From Bugula neritina (lineage: Eukaryota; Animalia; Bryozoa): DNA of 64,000 nucleotides. Positions 42,901 through 54,900 of this stretch are shown in pieces. Both the position numbers and the translations under genes were made by a program. Location: positions 11,226,480 to 11,290,479 of the forward strand of contig OZ037771.1 of assembly GCA_964035545.1 (NCBI GenBank). Reading direction: 5' to 3'. The notes under the pieces were generated by a model. It was not told the origin of the DNA. It saw only the letters and a list, made by a program, of their open reading frames with translations, and ran no database searches. Numbering within the stretch: the first letter of the stretch is position 1; every line of letters starts with the position of its first letter.

Positions 42901-45900
42901 TCTTTATCCACTTCTGTAATATCTGAGGTGACGAGGTCTTCTCCCACCAGCTGCTTCCAGACAGGCTCTGCTAGTGACAGAGAGAGAGGGTTACCTGTTC
43001 TTACAGACACACCTGGCAACAGACAACATGTTCACTCATAGCAGGTCATGTGACAGGAGAGGACATATAGATGCATCACATGCACACACAGATATATGTA
43101 CATGTCTTCAGTATATAACACCTTAGCAGGTCTAGACTAGACGAAGCTAATTCAACTCACAAATGAGAATGTCAGAGTTCAGATACAGAACAGAGTTCTA
43201 AGCTGTTCACCTAAACCCTGTATTGTGTAATCTCTTGTTTGGTAGGTTCTATTCTACGGTACAGGCTGAGTAATATAGTGACCTAGCACCAAGGTGAGTA
43301 ATATACTGACCTAGCACCAGGGTGAGTAATATACTGACCTAGCACCAGGGTGAGTAATATACTGACCTAGCACCAGGGTGAGTAATATACTGACCTAGCA
43401 CCAGGGTGAGTAATATACTGACCTAGCACCAGGGTGAGTAATATACTGACCTAGCACCAGGGTGAGTAATATACTGACCTAGCACCAGGGTGAGTAATAT
43501 ACTGACCTAGCACCAGGGTGAGTAATATACTGACCTAGCACCAGGGTGAGTAATATACTGACCTAGCACCAGGGTGAGTAATATACTGACCTAGCACCAG
43601 GGTGAGTAATATACTGACCTAGCACCAGGGTGAGTAATATACTGACCTAGCACCAGGGTGAGTAGCACCAGGGTGAGTAATATACTGACCTAGCACCAGG
43701 GTGAGTAATATACTGACCTAGCACCAGGGTGAGTAGCACCAGGGTGAGTAATATACTAACCTAGCACCAGGGTGAGTAATATACTGACCTAGCCACCAGG
43801 GTGAGTAATATACTGACCTAGCACCAGGGTGAGTAATATACTGACCTAGCACCAGGGTGAGTAATATACTGACCTAGCACCAGGGTGAGTAATATACTGA
43901 CCTAGCACCAGGGTGAGTAATATACTGACCTAGCACCAGGGTGAGTAATATACTGACCTAGCACCAGGGTGAGTAATATACTGACCTAGCACCAGGGTGA
44001 GTAATATACTGACCTAGCACCAGGGTGAGTAATATACTGACCTAGCACCAGGGTAAGTAATATACTGACCTAGCACCAGGGTGAGTAATATACTGACCTA
44101 GCACCAGGGTGAGTAATATACTGACCTAGCAATATGCCCAGCATTCTGAACATGTTATGATGAATCTTCTTATTGCTGCTTGGATTCAACAGGAAACAGT
44201 CCCTGTTTGCTCCAGAGTCTGATCTTCCATTTGGAGTCTGGCAGAGAATAGCCACACTGCCGTTTTGGAGTTCATCGGAGATTTCAGCAATGGACTCGCT
44301 GTATCCCCCTCCGCAATCATCCACCTAGGAAAATAGAAGGGGCCAGCCAATCAAGGCACACTACACTATGAGCTAACCAATTAAAGCAGAGTTAACTTCA
44401 CAGCAAGTAGTGCTGGGACTGGATGTATATGTGGTGGGTAATGTGATAGAGAACTCTAAAATTTTATATTTAAAATTTAGTGTGATGGATACAGAACATA
44501 AAATATAAAAAGAAAGAGTATAGTAACTGCATGGGTATAATTATTATATAAACTGCAGGGGGGGGGGGTTTCATTATTAACTACCAGGCAAACATTAAAA
44601 CACTGCAACTCGTTCCTGCTTTTGGACAATTACATTTATTTGAATATTTGGTGAAAACACCAGCATTGAAACTCTCTTGAATATGACTTCCAGCAAAATT
44701 ATTAAATTTTCTACTCCCAAAAACCTAACAGGTATATACCAGATAGCTATTGTTAACAGTTAAGAGAAACCGTAGCAAGGGACACATGCTTAAGCTGCCA
44801 ACACTACCATTACTGAGTATTAGGAGCCAGTGTTAGTAATAATAGTACTAGCACTGAATACTATTAGTTAGTACTGACACTGAGTACTATAAGTTAGTAC
44901 TGGTACTCACAGATTCACCGACGAACTGTACTTTCCACAGTCGACTGGCCAACATGAGATTTGGGTGAGTAAATACAGACATCTTTGATACAACCTGACC
45001 AAACACTGACTTCATACCATCGGGGCCTGCTAGACCGCCCCGTAGTCTTGCCTTTTTAGCCTGAGACACACAAATATATAACTTGCTAGCTGCTGGAGAT
45101 GGTTGAACTTCAACTAAATGTTGCAAATGATAGGAACCAAGTTTTATGCTGTGAAATACTATTTTTCTTTAAAATAACAAAACAATGGTCATATCTTTTG
45201 AAATATTAATAAGATACAACCACTGAAAACTTTAATAGACATAGTAATGTCTAACAATACTATATTTATAACTGGAAACACATATTTTGAGAAAAATTGT
45301 GGAAATACGCAACACAACAGACAAAATGTTTTCCTTTCAAGGTTATCAGTGTGAAACACATTAGGTTTTGGAAGATAAAAGAACACAACTTTTCCTGCGG
45401 ATATCATTACCGTTTACTCCCTCAGTGTGAAATAATACAACCTCATCTGCTTACTTTGGTAACCTTTGGACCATGAAACTTCTACTCTACATGAGCTCTA
45501 TACTAAATACATCTGAGCACATATACAGGCTTTACCTGGTATCTGTTGAGCTCAATGACAGGACCGTGAGACTTGTCCCTCATCATGGTCATCTGGATAT
45601 TCTTACGGAACACCGAGTCTTTACTACGGGGGATGAGAATCTTCCTCAGACACATGGTAACGCAGTCCTCCTTCAGGTTCACCAGGGGAGTGATAGGGCA
45701 GTAGAGATCCGAGAAGTGGTGCAGCAGAATCAGTCTGCGTGTGATAAACATAGTTTGATATACTGGGACGTAATATACTGGGGTGTAACACACTGGGATG
45801 TAATACACTGGGCCATAATTTACTGGGCCATAATATACTGGGGCGTAATATACTGGGGCGTAATATAATGGGGTGTAATATACTGGGGCGTAATACACTG

Positions 45901-48900
45901 GCGCGGTAATATACTGAGGCACAAGATACTGGTTTGAGCTGAGAGTGAAAGCATATGTTCATTTCATACCAACATGTCTTGGTTCTACTATGAGAACTGT
46001 AGTATTAGCTGTATAAAAACTAAAGCATAAAACAGAAACATATTCCCAGACCCTCATAACTTCAGAACTATTTGCCCAAATTACTTTTGTTCAAATATCC
46101 AAGTGCAGGTGCACCTGATTAACTATACCAATAGCACAGAATGACGTTTTTACAAAGCTGTGTAAATATATTGCATACATTATAATACTATTAGCATGAA
46201 ATGCCAGGGTAATTGCATCACATGATGTAGACTATAGATATATACTTTGGTTTGTATCCCTTTTACTACAATGCTACTGTGTATAGCACAAACCTGTTCC
46301 TTAGTGTCGACATTGGCAGGTGGTTTAGATGGTTGTACTCCATTGGTACAGAGTTGGGGGCCTTCCCTTGACTTTCCGGTTTATTAGTGGACCAGGCTAC
46401 ACTGTGTGCAGATCCACAGGCTACATTTGTGATTCTCTTTCCTGTAAAGTAGTTAAACAGTTCACCATAAAACCAGCAGGAGATGAGATGTCAGTGTGCC
46501 TTATACAGCACACATAACAAAAATACAGGAGAGGTAAATGTAGGTATTGCGCAAGCATATATATTTATATTTGTTAATAAAGAATAAGCATACATCACAC
46601 AAATGTATAATTTTTAATTTTAAAAATATTTTCACAAGCAAAAGCAGGTATATATTTACTGTACCTACTATAAAGCATATATTATACATGTGACTAGATA
46701 AAGGTGCGAATGCTGAGGCTGTAGACTTAGTTGTATAGAAACTAAAATAAGCCTGAATGGCTGTACCCAAGTGACACCCAGTATTAGAGCTACTGTATAT
46801 CATAATATAACTGACAAGTATATTGATTCAAAAGAAAACATATAACATAATGCAATATATAATAATATAATATAATAGAACTAAGATAAAATAGACCAAA
46901 ACATGGGTAGATGGATATTCAAAGATCAATTGAATGGCAAGAACAAGAATGGTTGATTTAGATCAGGGCTGTCCAACAGGCGGCCCCAGGGCCGGATGTG
47001 GTCCCCAGCCTACATTTATGTGGCCCTCAAAGGCATAAAGCTAAAATTATTTTCCACACGTATACAAAAATTAGAGTAAAAAACTACCTTTTAAATGTCT
47101 TATTTATACACATGCTACAAAGCATATAGCCTATAGTAACTATTTGGACTTTATTGTGTAATGATTCACAGGAATTTGGAGTAGAGTAAATTGAAAAATA
47201 CTGATGCTGTGGCCCCCTTCAGAGCAAGCTCAAGTTTCCAATGTGGCCCTCGCCACAGAATGTTCTCTTTCAGTGGCCTTTGCTCTGTCAAGGTTGGACA
47301 CCCCTGACTTGGCTATGCAGAACCACGCTACCCACAAAGACTAAACAAGTTAGGGCAAGAATACAGCTGCTTCCTACCAGGCCACATGTAATGACATCAT
47401 ACTCTATAATATTACATAATACAGTCTATAGACAAAGAGCTGCAACTATACCCTTGAGTCCAGTGACTAGCTTAGGTTTCTGTATAGCATTGGTAGTTCC
47501 ATCTCCGAGTTGTCCCTCGTCATTATCTCCCCATGTGAATACTTCGTTATTACTGCATACAGCCACACAGTGCAGGGAGCCGCACGCAATCTCTACGATC
47601 TGCTTCCCTTTGAACTCCGCTACCTGTTTGGGCCATCTCACGTGTTCGTCTGAGCCATGACCCAGTCTGTGGTAGTCTCCCTTGCCCCTGTCGGTCAGGT
47701 GAGATGTTACTAGCATATGTATAGAGCGTCAGGTGTGGTGATACAGTAACTAGGTGTGGTGATACAGTAACTAGGTGTGGTGATACAGTAACTAGGTGTG
47801 GTGATACAGTAACTAGGTGTGGTGATACAGTAACTAGGTGTGGTGATACAGTAACTAGGTGAGGTGATACAGTAACTAGGTGTGGTGATACAGTAACTAG
47901 GTGAGGTGATACAGTAACTAGGTGAGGTGATACAGTAACCAGGTGTGGTGATACAGTAACTAGGTGTGGTGATACAGTAACTAGGTGTGGTGATACAGTA
48001 ACTAGGTGTGGTGATACAGTAGCTAGGTGAGGTGATACAATAACTAGGTGTGGTGATACAGTAACTAGGTGAGGTGATACAGTAACCAGGTGTGGTGATA
48101 CAGTAACTAGGTGTGGTGATACAGTAACTAGGTGTGGTGATACAGTAACTAGGTGTGGTGATACAGTAACTAGGTGTGGTGATACAGTAACTAGGTGTGG
48201 TGATACAGTAACTAGGTGAGGTGATACAGTAACTAGGTGTGGTGATACAGTAACTAGGTGAGGTGATACAGTAACTAGGTGAGGTGATACAGTAACCAGG
48301 TGTGGTGATACAGTAACTAGGTGTGGTGATACAGTAACTAGGTGTGGTGATACAGTAACTAGGTGTGGTGATACAGTAGCTAGGTGAGGTGATACAATAA
48401 CTAGGTGTGGTGATACAGTAACTAGGTGAGGTGATACAGTAACCAGGTGTGGTGATACAGTAACTAGGTGTGGTAATACAGTAACTAGGTGTGGTGATAC
48501 AGTAACTAGGTGTGGTGATACAGTAACTAGGTGTGGTGATACAGTAACTAGGTGTGGTGATACAGTAACTAGGTGTGGTGATACAGTAACTAGGTGAGGT
48601 GATACAGTAACTAGGTGTGGTGATACAGTAACTAGGTGAGGTAATACAGTAACTAGGTGAGGTGATACAGTAACCAGGTGTGGTGATACAGTAACTAGGT
48701 GTGGTGATACAGTAACTAGGTGTGGTGATACAGTAACTAGGTGTGGTGATACAGTAGCTAGGTGAGGTGATACAATAACTAGGTGAGGTGATACAGTAGC
48801 TAGGTGTGGTGATACAGTAACTAGGTGTGGTGATACAGTAACTAGGTGTGGTGATACAGTAACTAGGTGTGGTGTTACATATAAAACAGAAGACTAACCA

Positions 48901-51900
48901 CGTAAACAGAACTCCATTAGCACTGAGAGCCACTGAGAACTGAGACCCGCACTCCACCCGGACAATCTTGTGCTTCTCAAGAGAGGCGATGACATTCGGT
49001 ACTTTGCAGCCGTCACTGCCCCCTCTCCCCAGCTTCCCGTAGTCCCCGTCACCCCACGACCATACCTGACCATCATCTGTAGCGCAGAGGGTCTGGGCGT
49101 CTCCTGAACCACAGGCCACGTCTACCACCTTGTACCCTGCAAGAGAGTACAGAACTAGAGTACTGTGTGTGAAGTGTATGCTAGTTGCTATGACAACAGT
49201 ATTTATACTCCTCACACTTAGCATGTTTGTAGCACCATGCAGGCATTATTTCTGTTGCATTGTTTACAGCAAACTTGTTTACAGTTAACTTGTGATATGC
49301 TACATAGTTTGGGACATGATCATATTTAGTTACAAACAAAGCAAGAAAATTTGTAGCAAAACATATAAATAGTGGATAAACATTTCATACAAAAGTGAGT
49401 TAAATTGTCTGGCAGCTATCCTCTGTGTAGGCCCTGTATTTTATTAGCTTTCCATTAGGCCATGTATAAAATAAGCATAACTTTTCCAGCTACACAATCA
49501 TCTATAATACAGCTGATAATTTAATGTCCCTTTGAAATGCCTCAAACTTGTGTCACACACAGTACACACCTTTGAGTGCCTCAACCAGCTTTGGCCTAGT
49601 TTGATCGTCGCTGTCACCATGACCCAGTCTGCCGTATCTGCCTTTGCCCCAGGTGTAGAGGTCACCCTGAGCTGTGACGGCAGCACTGTGCGCTCCACCG
49701 GCAGCTATTTGCACAACCTCTTTGCCTCTCAGTGCTTCAATAAGACGGGGCTTCTCACAGAACAGCCTATCCAACGGGTAGAATACATTGTACATCACAG
49801 GCTATGACTGCTCTACGTTTAGTTCTTTCTATAAATACTCTACACATAACTTTATGGGTTTTCAGATGAGTTTCTAGTGAACTAAATTAACCAATCAGAA
49901 GTAGAGAGACAACAGACTAATAGTAAACACAGTGGCAGGCTTGCATACAATAGAGTATACATAGAGACCATGTGCAGATACAGAATTACACTTATGAATG
50001 CCATGTGCACACTAATAATGTATATAGAGACAACGGGACCATACAGCACTACCCCTATGACCTCTGTGTGTGCACTGATAATATCAAACTGATGTCCAAC
50101 AACCTGTTGCCATGGCCGAGTTTTCCATCCTCGGCTTCTCCCCAGGAGAAAACTTCTCCATCTGTGCTCAGCGCCAGACAATGCTTTCCACCCGCATTTA
50201 CTGCGACCTGTTTGATACTGTGGCCCCGTAACCTGTCCACCAGAGTGGGGATGGCTACCGAATCTGTGCCACCCACCCCTAACCTTCCTCCGGCACCATA
50301 GCCTGTGGCATACACCTGAAATAGAGCGGCAAAAACAAATTAAAACCTTTAAATATTATAAAAAGAAAAATTTGAAATAAAACATTAAAATAAAAACATT
50401 AACCTCTCACTGACTTGAAACAAATAAATGATTAAAAGCTAAGCGTGAAATTTGAATCAAAAGTAAAACAAAGAACCTTAAAATGCTTGGCATTATTGAG
50501 ACAGGATTGTTGCTATGACTAGAATATTCAGAGCTGAATGAGGAATGAAAAGCAGACAACTAACTTCTTACCTTTCCATCTCCAGTGACTATGAACAGCG
50601 TCTGCTCCCCACCAGCTATCTGGATGGGTTTCAGACCAGCCAATGACTCGCACGCTGCAGGCATCCTTACTTTAGCCCCTTCAATACCCCCCAGCTGCCC
50701 CCTGTGGTTGTGACCCCAGCCGAATATCTGGCAGCTACCTAGAGAACATGCAGACAAATAGATAGATCATCATGTGATATAAACTGATATGTGAACAGTA
50801 TATACTGTACAACTATAGCTCTAAGTGTTCGAGACGTGCTTTCCGTTATTACCAGAAGAGAAAATACTGCACACTAAACATACTTGTATACAATCCTAAT
50901 GTCTGACCCGAATTTCGTGCCATTTTACAGTTGAAGTTTACAGTAACTACTACACACGCACAGACAGTCTCTCTCACCTCCCCAAGCCAACACCCAGTCA
51001 TCTGGACGTTTGTTCAGCCAATGGACCAGCTGAGTGTCGAGTTCCAGTCTAAATACGGAGTTGTCTTCATACTGGAAGTCTCGGAGCGGCGAGGAGTCAA
51101 TCTCCGAGATACTCTGACGAACCTGAACCAATGAGATGTAGAGCTCAGTGAGCTAGTACCAATGAGATGTAGAGATCAGTGAGCTAGTACCAATGAGATG
51201 TAGAGGTCAGTGAGCTAGGACCAATAAGATGTAGAGCTCAGTGAGCTAGGACCAATAAGATGTAGAGTTCAGTGAGCTAGTACCAATGAGATGTAGAGTT
51301 CAGTGAGCTAGTACCAATGGGATGTAGAGGTCATTGAGCTAGGACCAATAAGCTGTGGAACTTATCGCTAGTCTAGGTAAGTTCTAAACATCTACACAAT
51401 GTACGTGTAACTAAATTTACCTCTCAACTGGAAGGCTACGCTGGGCGACTTATTTGAACTGAAAGGTTAAAAAGATAAAACAAGACACATGTTTGTATAC
51501 AGAACACAAGTGAAGTTGTCTTTTCACTCACCTCTTTCAAAAACTGCAGAGGAAATGATTTGCGATCAAAGATACTGTAAGCCACACGCGAGGCTAGACA
51601 GTACTGTCTCAGCCAGTCCCATTTCTTATCCCCCATCTCCGGTGCAAAGTCCAACTCAAGGTCACAGGCTAAAGCTACCATCACCTAACAATAACATGAT
51701 AATAATAAAATACCCAACAGTAACATGATAATAAAATACCTAATATAGGCATTATAAAAATAAAATGTGTGCTTGTGTGAGGCCTTCAATGATTACTAGT
51801 TGGAACTTCTAACTAATAGTTTAGGTACATTAGATTTAGCGCATACTATTGAGAAGCTGTTTTGACCACCACATGTCTTCAACAGTGAAATTATCCTTTA

Positions 51901-54900
51901 AGTTTGTTATGTAAAGAAATGGCGGTATTATAATATTGTTAAACAGATGGGAAATACCAGCTACACAATGACAGGTCAATAGAAACACATAACTAGCTAG
52001 CATATGCATAATCTGAATAGAAAATATTTACTACATAGCAAATTGCAGCACAGTATGCCAAGCAGGGATTACCAGCAACACAATGGTAAACTGTCAACGC
52101 ACCTGGAAGAAGGGACTATGGCCAAGCTGTTTACAAGATCTTATCAGTGGTTCCTCGTATCTATACTGCTGCAGAATCGTCTCGGGTAAGCCTTTTATTA
52201 GAGAGGATAATTCCACACTGCGATACTCTCCCTCGCCGCCATCTTCACCTTCTGCTGAGCTGCTCCTCGTAAATCTACTGTCAGTGCTACAAGCAAGTGA
52301 ATCTTTACCCTGGTAGAGCTGGCCTGGGTGAAGATATTATGTGCCTGAGTACAGAGTTATACTAACCTGGGTGAATATATTACGTGCCTGAGTATAGAGT
52401 TATACTAACCTGGGTGAAGATATTACGTGCCTGAGTACAGAGTTATACTAACCTGGGTGAAGATATTATGTGCCTGAGTATAGAGTTATACTAACCTGGG
52501 TGAAAATATTATGTGCCTGAATATAGAATTATACTAACCTGGGTGAAGATATTATGTGCCTGAGTATAGAGTTATACTAACCTGGGTGAAGATATTATGT
52601 GCCTGAGTACAGAGTTATACTAACCTGGGTGAAGATATTATGTGCCTGAGTATAGAGTTATACTAACCTGGGTGAAATATTATGTGCCTGAATATAGAGT
52701 TATACTAACCTGGGTGAAGATATTATGTGTCTAAGTTTGTTCAGAGCCCAGAGTCTCTGCTGAGAAGGTATGCTACTAAGTTGGGCACACATCGCCAGCG
52801 AGGCAGCCAGTCTCGGCATCATGATGTCGGAGGCAGCTGTCAGCATAAAGTCTAGATCCAAAAGACTCATCACCAAATCTATAGATGGCTGGAATTAAAA
52901 TAAAATTAATCTAAGTCGGTGACAAGAAAACAGTAAGAAGACTATCTACATGTAAAATAGAAATAGTGACATTTTGATGTTGAGTGAATGTGTTAGCAAG
53001 TTTCAAAAAGTTGAGTAGTATAGACCAATTGTATCATCACCAGACGTTAAAGGTGCAAATCTGAGGTGTGCATTACAAAAAATATCTTCCGAAGCCCCTG
53101 TGAAATCACATTTATAACATGTACACAATCACAAAATGTTAATAATCAAAGCAAGGCCTTATGACTGACTAATAGCTATGGCTTCACACTGGCTAAAATG
53201 CATGGAAAGACAATGAACATCTCATTAAACAGTCATGAAACAATAATAATGCATGAAAATAAAAACAGACATCAGACTCGAACTGGGAAATGTCTGCCAG
53301 AATATTTATTGAAAAAATTCTCCACGCACCGCTACTGCTACTACTAACAATGAAAACTGTCAAGTTGGTAAGACCAGAAACTGAATACCTTGGAGAGAAT
53401 AGTGCGGTCAGAGTAGGTGCTTGTAGAGACATGTTCTGGCATAACAGGAGAGACTGTGAACTTCCAGCCCCACCCGTTGACTGAGCCATCACTAGTGAAC
53501 CTCCACTCCAGCTGGTCCCCTGGTACGATAACCTCCTGGCTCCACTCACACCAGTCTCTCCCTACACATGAGTATCACATAGGAATGGTCTGAGAAGAAC
53601 CCAGGTGCAACACCGAGATGAAAGCTTTCATGCATTAGCTAACTTGCGTTTGTGATAGAAACTGGGTAGTTGATTACAGTAATTTAAAAAAAAACATTTG
53701 ATAACTAGTCAACAACTAAAGTAAATATATTATATATTTTCTCAGTTTGAAAGAAAACTGATAACTAATTAGGGCTTACTCGTTATTTCTATCAGGAAAC
53801 TGAGCGCACAGTAAACAAAATGTTTATAACAGAAAAGAAAAATTGCTGAAAATCATCAAAGCATCATCAATCAACGTTGTTTGTGTATTAATTATGTATT
53901 GATTATAACCACCCACTGCCCTTGTATTTCAAGAATCCTATATTAATAGAGCAAGATAAGCTAATGGGGCTATTTCAAACCTGTCAATAACATTGAAGCA
54001 CAAGAGTGTGGAGCCCTGCAAACTAGAAAAGTAAAGAATGAAACAGGAAACTTAGTACAATATGGACAATATTTACTAGAATTATTTTACTATAGATCTT
54101 CTATTTTAAAATATTGAATCAATATTTTATTCAGGTTTATTATTCCAAATTTTGTAATTAACGCAAGCTTTACGAATTCAGGTACATCAATAACCTAGAT
54201 GTTTATCATATAATGAATAGAGTGATACAGTGATGATGGATACAGTGATAAAGTAATATGGAATCAAATAATACAGTAATATGGAATAGAATTATACAGT
54301 AATAATGAATAGAGTAACACATCCATTATTAATACAGTCATAACACTTAGAATGTAAACCACATGAAAAAACGAAGTAACATTAAAATGCCATGTGATTG
54401 AATATCAAGCCTTTAAACTTTGCATCAACTTACCAGATCGGGTGGTCATATGACGCCCCTGAAAGTCAAGTATAATCAGTGGATCGTGGTTTCTCTCAGT
54501 TGAACAAGCTTTATCAAACTCCACTTTTAGACACTCGGCTCCTGTGAGAAGTTGAATATAGTAAGTAGATGGCACAGTAAGTAAATGGCACAGTAAGTAA
54601 ATGGCACAGTATTTATATATACTATGTAATACACCATGGTGTAAATACACCATGGTGTATATACAGTTATGGTAATATAATATAAAAACTTTAAGTCACA
54701 TTAAATTACCATCGGCTTCCTAAAACTAAAAATCCAGTCACCCTTTCATATCAAGACACACACATGCTGGTCAGTTAACAACAAAAGACAACTGAATAAG
54801 TGGTAACCAAACTGATAGCAATGACAATATATGGCCACATATGAAGTGTATATAGATTGGCTGGTCGACTCTAAGGGTGTGGGAAAAACACTTGGAGAGC

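Larger units (their letters stand above)
40964..45060 (-). other. HERC2: HERC2 HECT domain; catalytic Cys in PESYTCFF near 41053
   Basis: [17 protein letters not shown] ... WFWQVMEEF ... [15 protein letters not shown]. Confidence 0.92.
46380..50738 (-). other. HERC2: HERC2 RCC1-like domain 3 (approximate limits)
   Basis: [64 protein letters not shown]. Confidence 0.9.

Noticed and set aside
43267-44131. CRISPR-like appearance of the 28-43-bp repeat arrays
   Set aside because: Units are head-to-tail with no unique spacers, lie in eukaryotic introns, and there are no cas genes.
47710-49224. 504-aa ORF as an independent gene
   Set aside because: It is one HERC2 exon (48899-49136) read through into an intronic 21-bp minisatellite.
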